Assembly: GCA_964057225.1 (NCBI GenBank)
Contig: OZ059900.1
Span: forward strand, 22,258,001-22,322,000
DNA length: 64,000 bases
Reading direction: 5' to 3'
Source of the DNA: Auanema rhodensis
Lineage: Eukaryota > Animalia > Nematoda
Shown here: positions 41,801-54,900 of the stretch, piece by piece
How positions within the stretch are numbered: position 1 is the stretch's first letter
How the letters are laid out: the number at the start of each line of letters is the position of its first letter
Notes under the pieces: model-generated
What the model was told of the DNA's origin: nothing
Database searches by the model: none
Seen by the model: the letters and a program-made list of their open reading frames with translations, nothing else
Position numbers and translations under genes: made by a program

Positions 41801-44200
41801 TAGTTCCACTTTCACGACAAAAAAACAGGGGTTAGAAAATTAAGGAAATTAGCATATTCTGAGGGCACGCCCCTTATGGCTAATATTGATTAAATCGATT
41901 TTTGTTCATATGAGTCGTCAAATGCAACGAATTTCAGCGTGTTACATACTAAAATGAAGCATTTTACATGCTGAACACTAGAAAAATACAAAAACACAGT
42001 ATTTCCCATGAGAAATATTTTATTATGCTGGAAAACCAGTTTTTGGAAATTTCGCTGTAAACAAAGTTTTGACTTACGATTTCATGTGTTCAAACTCATG
42101 CAATGTCAATGAAACCTAGCTCAAAATTGTTCGTACAACGTCTAGTTCCACTTTCACGACAAAAAAACAGGGGTTAGAAAATTAAGGAAATTAGCATATT
42201 CTGAGGGCACGCCCCTTATGGCTAATATTGATTAAATCGATTTTTGTTCATATGAGTCGTCAAATGCAACGAATTTCAGCGTGTTACATACTAAAATGAA
42301 GCATTTTACATGCTGAACACTAGAAAAATACAAAAACACAGTATTTCCCATGAGAAATATTTTATTATGCTGGAAAACCAGTTTTTGGAAATTTCGCTGT
42401 AAACAAGGTTTTGACTTACGATTTCATGTGTTCAAACTCATGCAATGTCAATGAAACCTAGCTCAAAATTGTTCGTACAACGTCTAGTTCCACTTTCACG
42501 ACAAAAAAACAGGGGTTAGAAAATTAAGGAAATTAGCATATTCTGAGGGCACGCCCCTTATGGCTAATATTGATTAAATCGATTTTTGTTCATATGAGTC
42601 GTCAAATGCAACAAGTTTCAGCGTGTTACATACTGAAATGAAGCATTTTACATGCTGAACACTAGAAAAATACAAAAACACAGTATTTCTCATGAGAAAT
42701 ATTTTATTATGCTGGAAAACCAGTTTTTGGAAATTTCGCTGTAAACAAGGTTTTGACTTACGATTTCATGTGTTCAAACTCATGCAATGTCAATGAAACC
42801 TAGCTCAAAATTGTTCGTACAACGTCTAGTTCCACTTTCACGACAAAAAAACAGGGGTTAGAAAATTAAGGAAATTAGCATATTCTGAGGGCACGCCCCT
42901 TATGGCTAATATTGATTAAATCGATTTTTGTTCATATGAGTCGTCAAATGCAACGAATTTCAGCGTGTTACATACTAAAATGAAGCATTTCACATGCTGA
43001 ACACTAGAAAAATACAAAAACACAGTATTTCCCATGAGAAATATTTTATTATGCTGGAAAACCAGTTTTTGGAAATTTCGCTGTAAACAAGGTTTTGACT
43101 TACGATTTCATGTGTTCAAACTCATGCAATGTCAATGAAACCTAGCTCAAAATTGTTCGTACAACGTCTAGTTCCACTTTCACGACAAAAAAACAGGGGT
43201 TAGAAAATTAAGGAAATTAGCATATTCTGAGGGCACGCCCCTTATGGCTAATATTGATTAAATCGATTTTTGTTCATATGAGTCGTCAAATGCAACGAAT
43301 TTCAGCGTGTTACATACTAAAATGAAGCATTTCACATGCTGAACACTAGAAAAATACAAAAACACAGTATTTCCCATGAGAAATATTTTATTATGCTGGA
43401 AAACCAGTTTTTGGAAATTTCGCTGTAAACAAGGTTTTGACTTACGATTTCATGTGTTCAAACTCATGCAATGTCAATGAAACCTAGCTCAAAATTGTTC
43501 GTACAACGTCTAGTTCCACTTTCACGACAAAAAAACAGGGGTTAGAAAATTAAGGAAATTAGCATATTCTGAGGGCACGCCCCTTATGGCTAATATTGAT
43601 TAAATCGATTTTTGTTCATATGAGTCGTCAAATGCAACGAATTTCAGCGTGTTACATACTAAAATGAATCATTTTACATGCTGAACACTAGAAAAATACA
43701 AAAACACAGTATTTCCCATGAGAAATATTTTATTATGCTGGAAAACCAGTTTTTGGAAATTTCGCTGTAAACAAGGTTTTGACTTACGATTTCATGTGTT
43801 CAAACTCATGCAATGTCAATGAAACCTAGCTCAAAATTGTTCGTACAACGTCTAGTTCCACTTTCACGACAAAAAAACAGGGGTTAGAAAATTAAGGAAA
43901 TTAGCATATTCTGAGGGCACGCCCCTTATGGCTAATATTGATTAAATCGATTTTTGTTCATATGAGTCGTCAAATGCAACAAGTTTCAGCGTGTTACATA
44001 CTGAAATGAAGCATTTTACATGCTGAACACTAGAAAAATACAAAAACACAGTATTTCTCATGAGAAATATTTTATTATGCTGGAAAACCAGTTTTTGGAA
44101 ATTTCGCTGTAAACAAGGTTTTGACTTACGATTTCATGTGTTCAAACTCATGCAATGTCAATGAAACCTAACTCAAAATTGTTCGTACAACGTCTAGTTC
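38880..44200 (+). repeat. Loose 5-/4-monomer HOR domain
   Basis: CAACAA(A/G)TTT...ACTGAAAT monomer at 39192, 40903, 42613 and 43981 (spacings 1711, 1710, 1368). Confidence 0.75.
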
Positions 44201-44349
44201 CACTTTCACGACAAAAAAACAGGGGTTAGAAAATTAAGGAAATTAGCATATTCTGAGGGCACGCCCCTTATGGCTAATATTGAATAAATCGATTTTTGTT
44301 CATATGAGTCGTCAAATGCAACGAATTTCAGCGTGTTACATACTAAAAT

Positions 44350-47300
44350 GAAGTATTTTACATGCTGAAAACTAGAAAAATACAAAAACACAGTATTTCC
44401 CATGAGAAATATTTTATTATGCTGGAAAACCAGTTTTTGGAATTTTCGCTGTAAACAAGGTTTTGACTTACGATTTCATGTGTTCAAACTCATGCAATGT
44501 CAATGAAACCTAGCTCAAAATTGTTCCTACAACGTCTGTTTCCACTTTCACGACAAAAAAACAGGGGTTAGAAAATTAAGGAAATTAGCATATTCTGAGG
44601 GCACGCCCCTTATGGCTAATATTGATTAAATCGATTTTTGTTCATATGAGTCGTCAAATGCAACGAATTTCAGCGTGTTACATACTAAAATGAAGCATTT
44701 TACATGCTGAACACTAGAAAAATACAAAAACACAGTATTTCCCATGAGAAATATTTTATTATGCTGGAAAACCAGTTTTTGGAAATTTCGCTGTAAACAA
44801 GGTTTTGACTTACGATTTCATGTGTTCAAACTCATGCAATGTCAATGAAACCTAGCTCAAAATTGTTCGTACAACGTCTAGTTCCACTTTCACGACAAAA
44901 AAACAGGGGTTAGAAAATTAAGGAAATTAGCATATTCTGAGGGCACGCCCCTTATGGCTAATATTGATTAAATCGATTTTTGTTCATATGAGTCGTCAAA
45001 TGCAACGAATTTCATCGTGTTACATACTAAAATGAAGCATTTTACATGCTGAACACTAGAAAAATACAAAAACACAGTATTTCCCATGAGAAATATTTTA
45101 TTATGCTGGAAAACCAGGTTTTGGAAATTTCGCTGTAAACAAGGTTTTGACTTACGATTTCATGTGTTCAAACTCATGCAATGTCAATGAAACCTAGCTC
45201 AAAATTGTTCGTACAACGTCTAGTTCCACTTTCACGACAAAAAAACAGGGGTTAGAAAATTTAGGAAATTAGCATATTCTGAGGGCACGCCCCTTATGGC
45301 TAATATTGATTAAATCGATTTTTGTTCATATGAGTCGTCAAATGCAACGAATTTCAGCGTGTTACATACTAAAATGAAGTATTTTACATGCTGAACACTA
45401 GGAAAATACAAAAACACAGTATTTCCCATGAGAAATATTTTATTATGCTGGAAAACCAGTTTTTGGAAATTTCGCTGTAAACAAGGTTTTGACTTACGAT
45501 TTCATGTGTTCAAACTCATGCAATGTCAATGAAACCTAGCTCAAAATTGTTCCTACAACGTCTAGTTCCACTTTCACGACAAAAAACAGGGGTTAGAAAA
45601 TTAAGGAAATTAGCATATTCTGAGGGCACGCCCCTTATGGCTAATATTGATTAAATCGATTTTTGTTCATATGAGTCGTCAAATGCAACGAATTTCAGCG
45701 TGTTACATACTAAAATGAAGCATTTTACATGCTGAACACTAGAAAAATACAAAAACACAGTATTTCCCATGAGAAATATTTTATTATGCTGGAAAACCAG
45801 TTTTTGGAAATTTCGCTGTAAACAAGTTTTTGACTTACGATTTCATGTGTTCAAACTCATGCAATGTCAATGAAACCTAGCTCAAAATTGTTCCTACAAC
45901 GTCTAATTCCACTTTCACGACAAAAAAACCGGGGTTAGAAAATTAAGGAAATTAGCATATTCTAAGGGCACGCCCCTTATGGCTAATATTGATTAAATCG
46001 ATTTTTGTTCATATGAGTCGTCAAATGCAACGAATTTCAGCGTGTTACATACTAAAATGAAGTATTTTACATGCTGAACACTAGAAAAATACAAAAACAC
46101 AGTATTTCCCATGAGAAATATTTTATTATGCTGGAAAACCAGTTTTTGGAATTTTCGCTGTAAACAAGGTTTTGACTTACGATTTCATGTGTTCAAACTC
46201 ATGCAATGTCAATGAAACCTAGCTCAAAATTGTTCCTACAACGTCTGTTTCCACTTTCACGACAAAAAAACAGGGGTTAGAAAATTAAGGAAATTAGCAT
46301 ATTCTGAGGGCACGCCCCTTATGGCTAATATTGATTAAATCGATTTTTGTTCATATGAGTCGTCAAATGCAACGAATTTCAGCGTGTTACATACTAAAAT
46401 GAAGCATTTTACATGCTGAACACTAGAAAAATACAAAAACACAGTATTTCCCATGAGAAATATTTTATTATGCTGGAAAACCAGTTTTTGGAAATTTCGC
46501 TGTAAACAAGGTTTTGACTTACGATTTCATGTGTTCAAACTCATGCAATGTCAATGAAACCTAGCTCAAAATTGTTCGTACAACGTCTAGTTCCACTTTC
46601 ACGACAAAAAAACAGGGGTTAGAAAATTAAGGAAATTAGCATATTCTGAGGGCACGCCCCTTATGGCTAATATTGATTAAATCGATTTTTGTTCATATGA
46701 GTCGTCAAATGCAACGAATTTCATCGTGTTACATACTAAAATGAAGCATTTTACATGCTGAACACTAGAAAAATACAAAAACACAGTATTTCCCATGAGA
46801 AATATTTTATTATGCTGGAAAACCAGGTTTTGGAAATTTCGCTGTAAACAAGGTTTTGACTTACGATTTCATGTGTTCAAACTCATGCAATGTCAATGAA
46901 ACCTAGCTCAAAATTGTTCGTACAACGTCTAGTTCCACTTTCACGACAAAAAAACAGGGGTTAGAAAATTTAGGAAATTAGCATATTCTGAGGGCACGCC
47001 CCTTATGGCTAATATTGATTAAATCGATTTTTGTTCATATGAGTCGTCAAATGCAACGAATTTCAGCGTGTTACATACTAAAATGAAGTATTTTACATGC
47101 TGAACACTAGGAAAATACAAAAACACAGTATTTCCCATGAGAAATATTTTATTATGCTGGAAAACCAGTTTTTGGAAATTTCGCTGTAAACAAGGTTTTG
47201 ACTTACGATTTCATGTGTTCAAACTCATGCAATGTCAATGAAACCTAGCTCAAAATTGTTCCTACAACGTCTAGTTCCACTTTCACGACAAAAAACAGGG

Positions 47301-47760
47301 GTTAGAAAATTAAGGAAATTAGCATATTCTGAGGGCACGCCCCTTATGGCTAATATTGATTAAATCGATTTTTGTTCATATGAGTCGTCAAATGCAACGA
47401 ATTTCAGCGTGTTACATACTAAAATGAAGCATTTTACATGCTGAACACTAGAAAAATACAAAAACACAGTATTTCCCATGAGAAATATTTTATTATGCTG
47501 GAAAACCAGTTTTTGGAAATTTCGCTGTAAACAAGTTTTTGACTTACGATTTCATGTGTTCAAACTCATGCAATGTCAATGAAACCTAGCTCAAAATTGT
47601 TCCTACAACGTCTAATTCCACTTTCACGACAAAAAAACCGGGGTTAGAAAATTAAGGAAATTAGCATATTCTAAGGGCACGCCCCTTATGGCTAATATTG
47701 ATTAAATCGATTTTTGTTCATATGAGTCGTCAAATGCAACGAATTTCAGCGTGTTACATA
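44350..47760 (+). repeat. 5-monomer HOR (1709 bp), two copies
   Basis: ACCGGGG 45930/47639, TCTAAGGG 45965/47674, ACCAGGTT 45118/46827. Confidence 0.85.
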
Positions 47761-48599
47761 CTAAAATGAAGCATTTTACATGCTGAACACTAGAAAAATA
47801 CAAAAACACAGTATTTCCCATGAGAAATATTTTATTATGCTGGAAAACCAGTTTTTGGAAATTTCGCTGTAAACAAGGTTTTGACTTACGATTTCATGTG
47901 TTCAAACTCATGCAATGTCAATGAAACCTAGCTCAAAATTGTTCCTACAACGTCTAGTTCCACTTTCACGACAAAAAAACAGGGGTTAGAAAATTAATGA
48001 AATTAGCATATTCTGAGGGCACGCCCCTTATGGCTAATATTGATTAAATCGATTTTTGTTCATATGAGTCGTCAAATGCAACGAATTTCATCGTGTTACA
48101 TACTAAAATGAAGCATTTTACATGCTGAACACTAGAAAAATACAAAAACACAGTATTTCTCATGAGAAATATTTTATTATGCTGGAAAACCAGTTTTTGG
48201 AAATTTCGCTGTAAACAAGGTTTTGACTTACGATTTCATGTGTTCAAACTCATGCAATATCAATGAAACCTAGCTCAAAATTGTTCCTACAACGTCTGTT
48301 TCCACTTTCACGACAAAAAAACAGGGGTTAGAAAATTAAGGAAATTAGCATATTCTGAGGGCACGCCCCTTATGGCTAATATTGATTAAATCGATTTTTG
48401 TTCATATGAGTCGTCAAATGCAACGAATTTCAGCGTGTTACATACTAAAATGAAGCATTTTACATGCTGAACACTAGAAAAATACAAAAACACAGTATTT
48501 CCCATGAGAAATATTTTATTATGCTGGAAAACCAGTTTTTGGAAATTTCGCTGTAAACAAGGTTTTGACTTACGATTTCATGTGTTCAAACTCATGCAA

Positions 48600-51500
48600 T
48601 GTCAATGAAACCTAGCTCAAAATTGTTCCTACAACGTCTAGTTCCACTTTCACGACAAAAAAACAGGGGTTAGAAAATTAATGAAATTAGCATATTCTGA
48701 GGGCACGCCCCTTATGGCTAATATTGATTAAATCGATTTTTGTTCATATGAGTCGTCAAATGCAACGAATTTCATCGTGTTACATACTAAAATGAAGCAT
48801 TTTACATGCTGAACACTAGAAAAATACAAAAACACAGTATTTCTCATGAGAAATATTTTATTATGCTGGAAAACCAGTTTTTGGAAATTTCGCTGTAAAC
48901 AAGGTTTTGACTTACGATTTCATGTGTTCAAACTCATGCAATGTCAATGAAACCTAGCTCAAAATTGTTTGTACAACGTCTGTTTCCACTTTCACGACAA
49001 AAAAACAGGGGTTAGAAAATTAAGGAAATTAGCATATTCTGAGGGCACGCCCCTTATGGCTAATATTGATTAAATCGATTTTTGTTCATATGAGTCGTCA
49101 AATGCAACGAATTTCAGCGTGTTACATACTAAAATGAAGCATTTTACATGCTGAACACTAGAAAAATACAAAAACACAGTATTTCCCATGAGAAATATTT
49201 TATTATGCTGGAAAACCAGTTTTTGGAAATTTCGCTGTAAACAAGGTTTTGACTTACGATTTCATGTGTTCAAACTCATGCAATGTCAATGAAACCTAGC
49301 TCAAAATTGTTCCTACAACGTCTAGTTCCACTTTCACGACAAAAAAACAGGGGTTAGAAAATTAATGAAATTAGCATATTCTGAGGGCACGCCCCTTATG
49401 GCTAATATTGATTAAATCGATTTTTGTTCATATGAGTCGACAAATGCAACGAATTTCATCGTGTTACATACTAAAATGAAGCATTTCACATGCTGAACAC
49501 TAGAAAAATACAAGAACACAGTATTTCTCATGAGAAATATTTTATTATGCTGGAAAACCAGTTTTTGGAAATTTCGCTGTAAACAAGGTTTTGACTTACG
49601 ATTTCATGTGTTCAAACTCATGCAATGTCAATGAAACCTAGCTCAAAATTGTTTGTACAACGTCTGTTTCCACTTTCACGACAAAAAAACAGGGGTTAGA
49701 AAATTAAGGAAATTAGCATATTCTGAGGGCACGCCCCTTATGGCTAATATTGATTAAATCGATTTTTGTTCATATGAGTCGTCAAATGCAACGAATTTCA
49801 GCGTGTTAAATACTAAAATGAAACATTTTACATGCTGAACACTAGAAAAATACAAAAACACAGTATTTCCCATGAGAAATATTTTATTATGCTGGAAAAC
49901 CAGTTTTTGGAAATTTCGCTGTAAACAAGGTTTTGACTTACGATTTCATGTGTTCAAACTCATGCAATGTCAATGAAACCTAGCTCAAAATTGTTCCTAC
50001 AACGTCTAGTTCCACTTTCACGACAAAAAAATAGGGGTTAGAAAATTAATGAAATTAGCATATTCTGAGGGCACGCCCCTTATGGCTAATATTGATTAAA
50101 TCGATTTTTGTTCATATGAGTCGTCAAATGCAACGAATTTCATCGTGTTACATACTAAAATGAAGCATTTTACATGCTGAACACTAGAAAAATACAAAAA
50201 CACAGTATTTCTCATGAGAAATATTTTATTATGCTGGAAAACCAGTTTTTGGAAATTTCGCTGTAAACAAGGTTTTGACTTACGATTTCATGTGTTCAAA
50301 CTCATGCAATGTCAATGAAACCTAGCTCAAAATTGTTCCTACAACGTCTAGTTCCACTTTCACGACAAAAAAACAGGGGTTAGAAAATTAATGAAATTAG
50401 CATATTCTGAGGGCACGCCCCTTATGGCTAATATTGATTAAATCGATTTTTGTTCATATGAGTCGTCAAATGCAACGAATTTCATCGTGTTACATACTAA
50501 AATGAAGCATTTTACATGCTGAACACTAGAAAAATACAAAAACACAGTATTTCTCATGAGAAATATTTTATTATGCTGGAAAACCAGTTTTTGGAAATTT
50601 CGCTGTAAACAAGGTTTTGACTTACGATTTCATGTGTTCAAACTCATGCAATGTCAATGAAACCTAGCTCAAAATTGTTTGTACAACGTCTGTTTCCACT
50701 TTCACGACAAAAAAACAGGGGTTAGAAAATTAAGGAAATTAGCATATTCTGAGGGCACGCCCCTTATGGCTAATATTGATTAAATCGATTTTTGTTCATA
50801 TGAGTCGTCAAATGCAACGAATTTCAGCGTGTTACATACTAAAATGAAGCATTTTACATGCTGAACACTAGAAAAATACAAAAACACAGTATTTCCCATG
50901 AGAAATATTTTATTATGCTGGAAAACCAGTTTTTGGAAATTTCGCTGTAAACAAGGTTTTGACTTACGATTTCATGTGTTCAAACTCATGCAATGTCAAT
51001 GAAACCTAGCTCAAAATTGTTCCTACAACGTCTAGTTCCACTTTCACGACAAAAAAACAGGGGTTAGAAAATTAATGAAATTAGCATATTCTGAGGGCAC
51101 GCCCCTTATGGCTAATATTGATTAAATCGATTTTTGTTCATATGAGTCGACAAATGCAACGAATTTCATCGTGTTACATACTAAAATGAAGCATTTCACA
51201 TGCTGAACACTAGAAAAATACAAAAACACAGTATTTCTCATGAGAAATATTTTATTATGCTGGAAAACCAGTTTTTGGAAATTTCGCTGTAAACAAGGTT
51301 TTGACTTACGATTTCATGTGTTCAAACTCATGCAATGTCAATGAAACCTAGCTCAAAATTGTTTGTACAACGTCTGTTTCCACTTTCACGACAAAAAAAC
51401 AGGGGTTAGAAAATTAAGGAAATTAGCATATTCTGAGGGCACGCCCCTTATGGCTAATATTGATTAAATCGATTTTTGTTCATATGAGTCGTCAAATGCA

Positions 51501-51920
51501 ACGAATTTCAGCGTGTTAAATACTAAAATGAAACATTTTACATGCTGAACACTAGAAAAATACAAAAACACAGTATTTCCCATGAGAAATATTTTATTAT
51601 GCTGGAAAACCAGTTTTTGGAAATTTCGCTGTAAACAAGGTTTTGACTTACGATTTCATGTGTTCAAACTCATGCAATGTCAATGAAACCTAGCTCAAAA
51701 TTGTTCCTACAACGTCTAGTTCCACTTTCACGACAAAAAAATAGGGGTTAGAAAATTAATGAAATTAGCATATTCTGAGGGCACGCCCCTTATGGCTAAT
51801 ATTGATTAAATCGATTTTTGTTCATATGAGTCGTCAAATGCAACGAATTTCATCGTGTTACATACTAAAATGAAGCATTTTACATGCTGAACACTAGAAA
51901 AATACAAAAACACAGTATTT
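48600..51920 (+). repeat. 5-monomer HOR (1710 bp), two copies, built largely on an alternating dimer
   Basis: GTCGACAAAT 49440/51150; ATAGGGG 50032/51742. Confidence 0.8.
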
Positions 51921-51999
51921 CTCATGAAAAATATTTTATTATGCTGGAAAACCAGTTTTTGGAAATTTCGCTGTAAACAAGGTTTTGACTTACGATTTC

Positions 52000-54900
52000 A
52001 TGTGTTCAAACTCATGCAATGTCAATGAAACCTAGCTCAAAATTGTTTGTACAACGTCTAGTTCCACTTTCACGACAAAAAAACAGGGGTTAGAAAATTA
52101 AGGAAATTAGCATATTCTGAGGGCACGCCCCTTATGGCTAATATTGATTAAATCGATTTTTGTTCATATGAGTAGTCAAATGCAACGAATTTCAGCGTGT
52201 TACATACTGAAATGAAGCATTTTACATGCTGAACACTAGAAAAATACAAAAACACAGTATTTCCCATGAGAAATATTTTATTATGCTGGAAAACCAGTTT
52301 TTGGAATTTTCGCTGTAAACAAGGTTTTGACTTACGATTTCATGTGTTCAAACTCATGCAATGTCAATGAAACCTAGCTCAAAATTGTTCGTACAACGTC
52401 TAGTTCCACTTTCACGACAAAAAAACAGGGGTTAGAAAATTAAGGAAATTAGCATATTCTGAGGGCACGCCCCTTATGGCTAATATTGATTAAATCGATT
52501 TTTGTTCATATGAGTCGTCAAATGCAACGAATTTCAGCGTGTTACATACTAAAATGAAGCATTTTACATGCTGAACACTAGAAAAATACAAAAACACAGT
52601 ATTTCCCATGAGAAATATTTTATTATGCTGGAAAACCAGTTTTTGGAAATTTCGCTGTAAACAAGGTTTTGACTTACGATTTCATGTGTTCAAACTCATG
52701 CAATGTCAATGAAACCTAGCTCAAAATTGTTCGTACAACGTCTAGTTCCACTTTCACGACAAAAAAACAGGGGTTAGAAAATTAAGGAAATTAGCATATT
52801 CTGAGGGCACGCCCCTTATGGCTAATATTGATTAAATCGATTTTTGTTCATATGAGTCGTCAAATGCAACGAATTTCATCGTGTTACATACTAAAATGAA
52901 GCATTTTACATGCTGAACACTAGAAAAATACAAAAACACAGTATTTCCCATGAGAAATATTTTATTATGCTGGAAAACCAGGTTTTGGAAATTTCGCTGT
53001 AAACAAGGTTTTGACTTACGATTTCATGTGTTCAAACTCATGCAATGTCAATGAAACCTAGCTCAAAATTGTTCGTACAACGTCTAGTTCCACTTTCACG
53101 ACAAAAAAACAGGGGTTAGAAAATTTAGGAAATTAGCATATTCTGAGGGCACGCCCCTTATGGCTAATATTGATTAAATCGATTTTTGTTCATATGAGTC
53201 GTCAAATGCAACGAATTTCAGCGTGTTACATACTAAAATGAAGTATTTTACATGCTGAACACTAGAAAAATACAAAAACACAGTATTTCCCATGAGAAAT
53301 ATTTTATTATGCTGGAAAACCAGTTTTTGGAAATTTCGCTGTAAACAAGGTTTTGACTTACGATTTCATGTGTTCAAACTCATGCAATGTCAATGAAACC
53401 TAGCTCAAAATTGTTCCTACAACGTCTAGTTCCACTTTCACGACAAAAAACAGGGGTTAGAAAATTAAGGAAATTAGCATATTCTGAGGGCACGCCCCTT
53501 ATGGCTAATATTGATTAAATCGATTTTTGTTCATATGAGTCGTCAAATGCAACGAATTTCAGCGTGTTACATACTAAAATGAAGCATTTTACATGCTGAA
53601 CACTAGAAAAATACAAAAACACAGTATTTCCCATGAGAAATATTTTATTATGCTGGAAAACCAGTTTTTGGAAATTTCGCTGTAAACAAGGTTTTGACTT
53701 ACGATTTCATGTGTTCAAACTCATGCAATGTCAATGAAACCTAGCTCAAAATTGTTCCTACAACGTCTAGTTCCACTTTCACGACAAAAAAACAGGGGTT
53801 AGAAAATTAAGGAAATTAGCATATTCTGAGGGCACGCCCCTTATGGCTAATATTGATTAAATCGATTTTTGTTCATATGAGTCGTCAAATGCAACGAATT
53901 TCAGCGTGTTACATACTAAAATGAAGCATTTTACATGCTGAACACTAGAAAAATACAAAAACACAGTAATACCCATGAGAAATATTTTATTATGCTGGAA
54001 AACCAGTTTTTGGAAATTTCGCTGTAAACAAGGTTTTGACTTACGATTTCATGTGTTCAAACTCATGCAATGTCAATGAAACCTAGCTCAAAATTGTTAA
54101 TACAATGTCTAGTTCCACTTTCACGACAAAAAAACAGGGGTTAGAAAATTAAGGAAATTAGCATATTCTGAGGGCACGCCCTTTATGGCTAATATTGATT
54201 AAATCGATTTTTGTTCATATGAGTCGTCAAATGCAACGAATTTCAGCGTGTTACATACTAAAATGAAGCATTTTACATGCTGAACACTATAAAAATACAA
54301 AAACACAGTATTTCCCATGAGAAATATTTTATTATGCTGGAAAACCAGTTTTTGGAAATTTCGCTGTAAACAAGGTTTTGACTTACGATTTCATGTGTTC
54401 AAACTCATGCAATGTCAATGAAACCTAGCTCAAAATTGTTTGTACAACGTCTAGTTCCACTTTCACGACAAAAAAACAGGGGTTAGAAAATTAAGGAAAT
54501 TAGCATATTCTGAGGGCACGCCCCTTATGGCTAATATTGATTAAATCGATTTTTGTTCATATGAGTAGTCAAATGCAACGAATTTCAGCGTGTTACATAC
54601 TGAAATGAAGCATTTTACATGCTGAACACTAGAAAAATACAAAAACACAGTATTTCCCATGAGAAATATTTTATTATGCTGGAAAACCAGTTTTTGGAAT
54701 TTTCGCTGTAAACAAGGTTTTGACTTACGATTTCATGTGTTCAAACTCATGCAATGTCAATGAAACCTAGCTCAAAATTGTTCGTACAACGTCTAGTTCC
54801 ACTTTCACGACAAAAAAACAGGGGTTAGAAAATTAAGGAAATTAGCATATTCTGAGGGCACGCCCCTTATGGCTAATATTGATTAAATCGATTTTTGTTC

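Noticed and set aside
44206-44403. 65-aa ORF (-)
   Set aside because: It results from a single substitution (~44284) that removes a stop codon present in other monomers; chance read-through of satellite.
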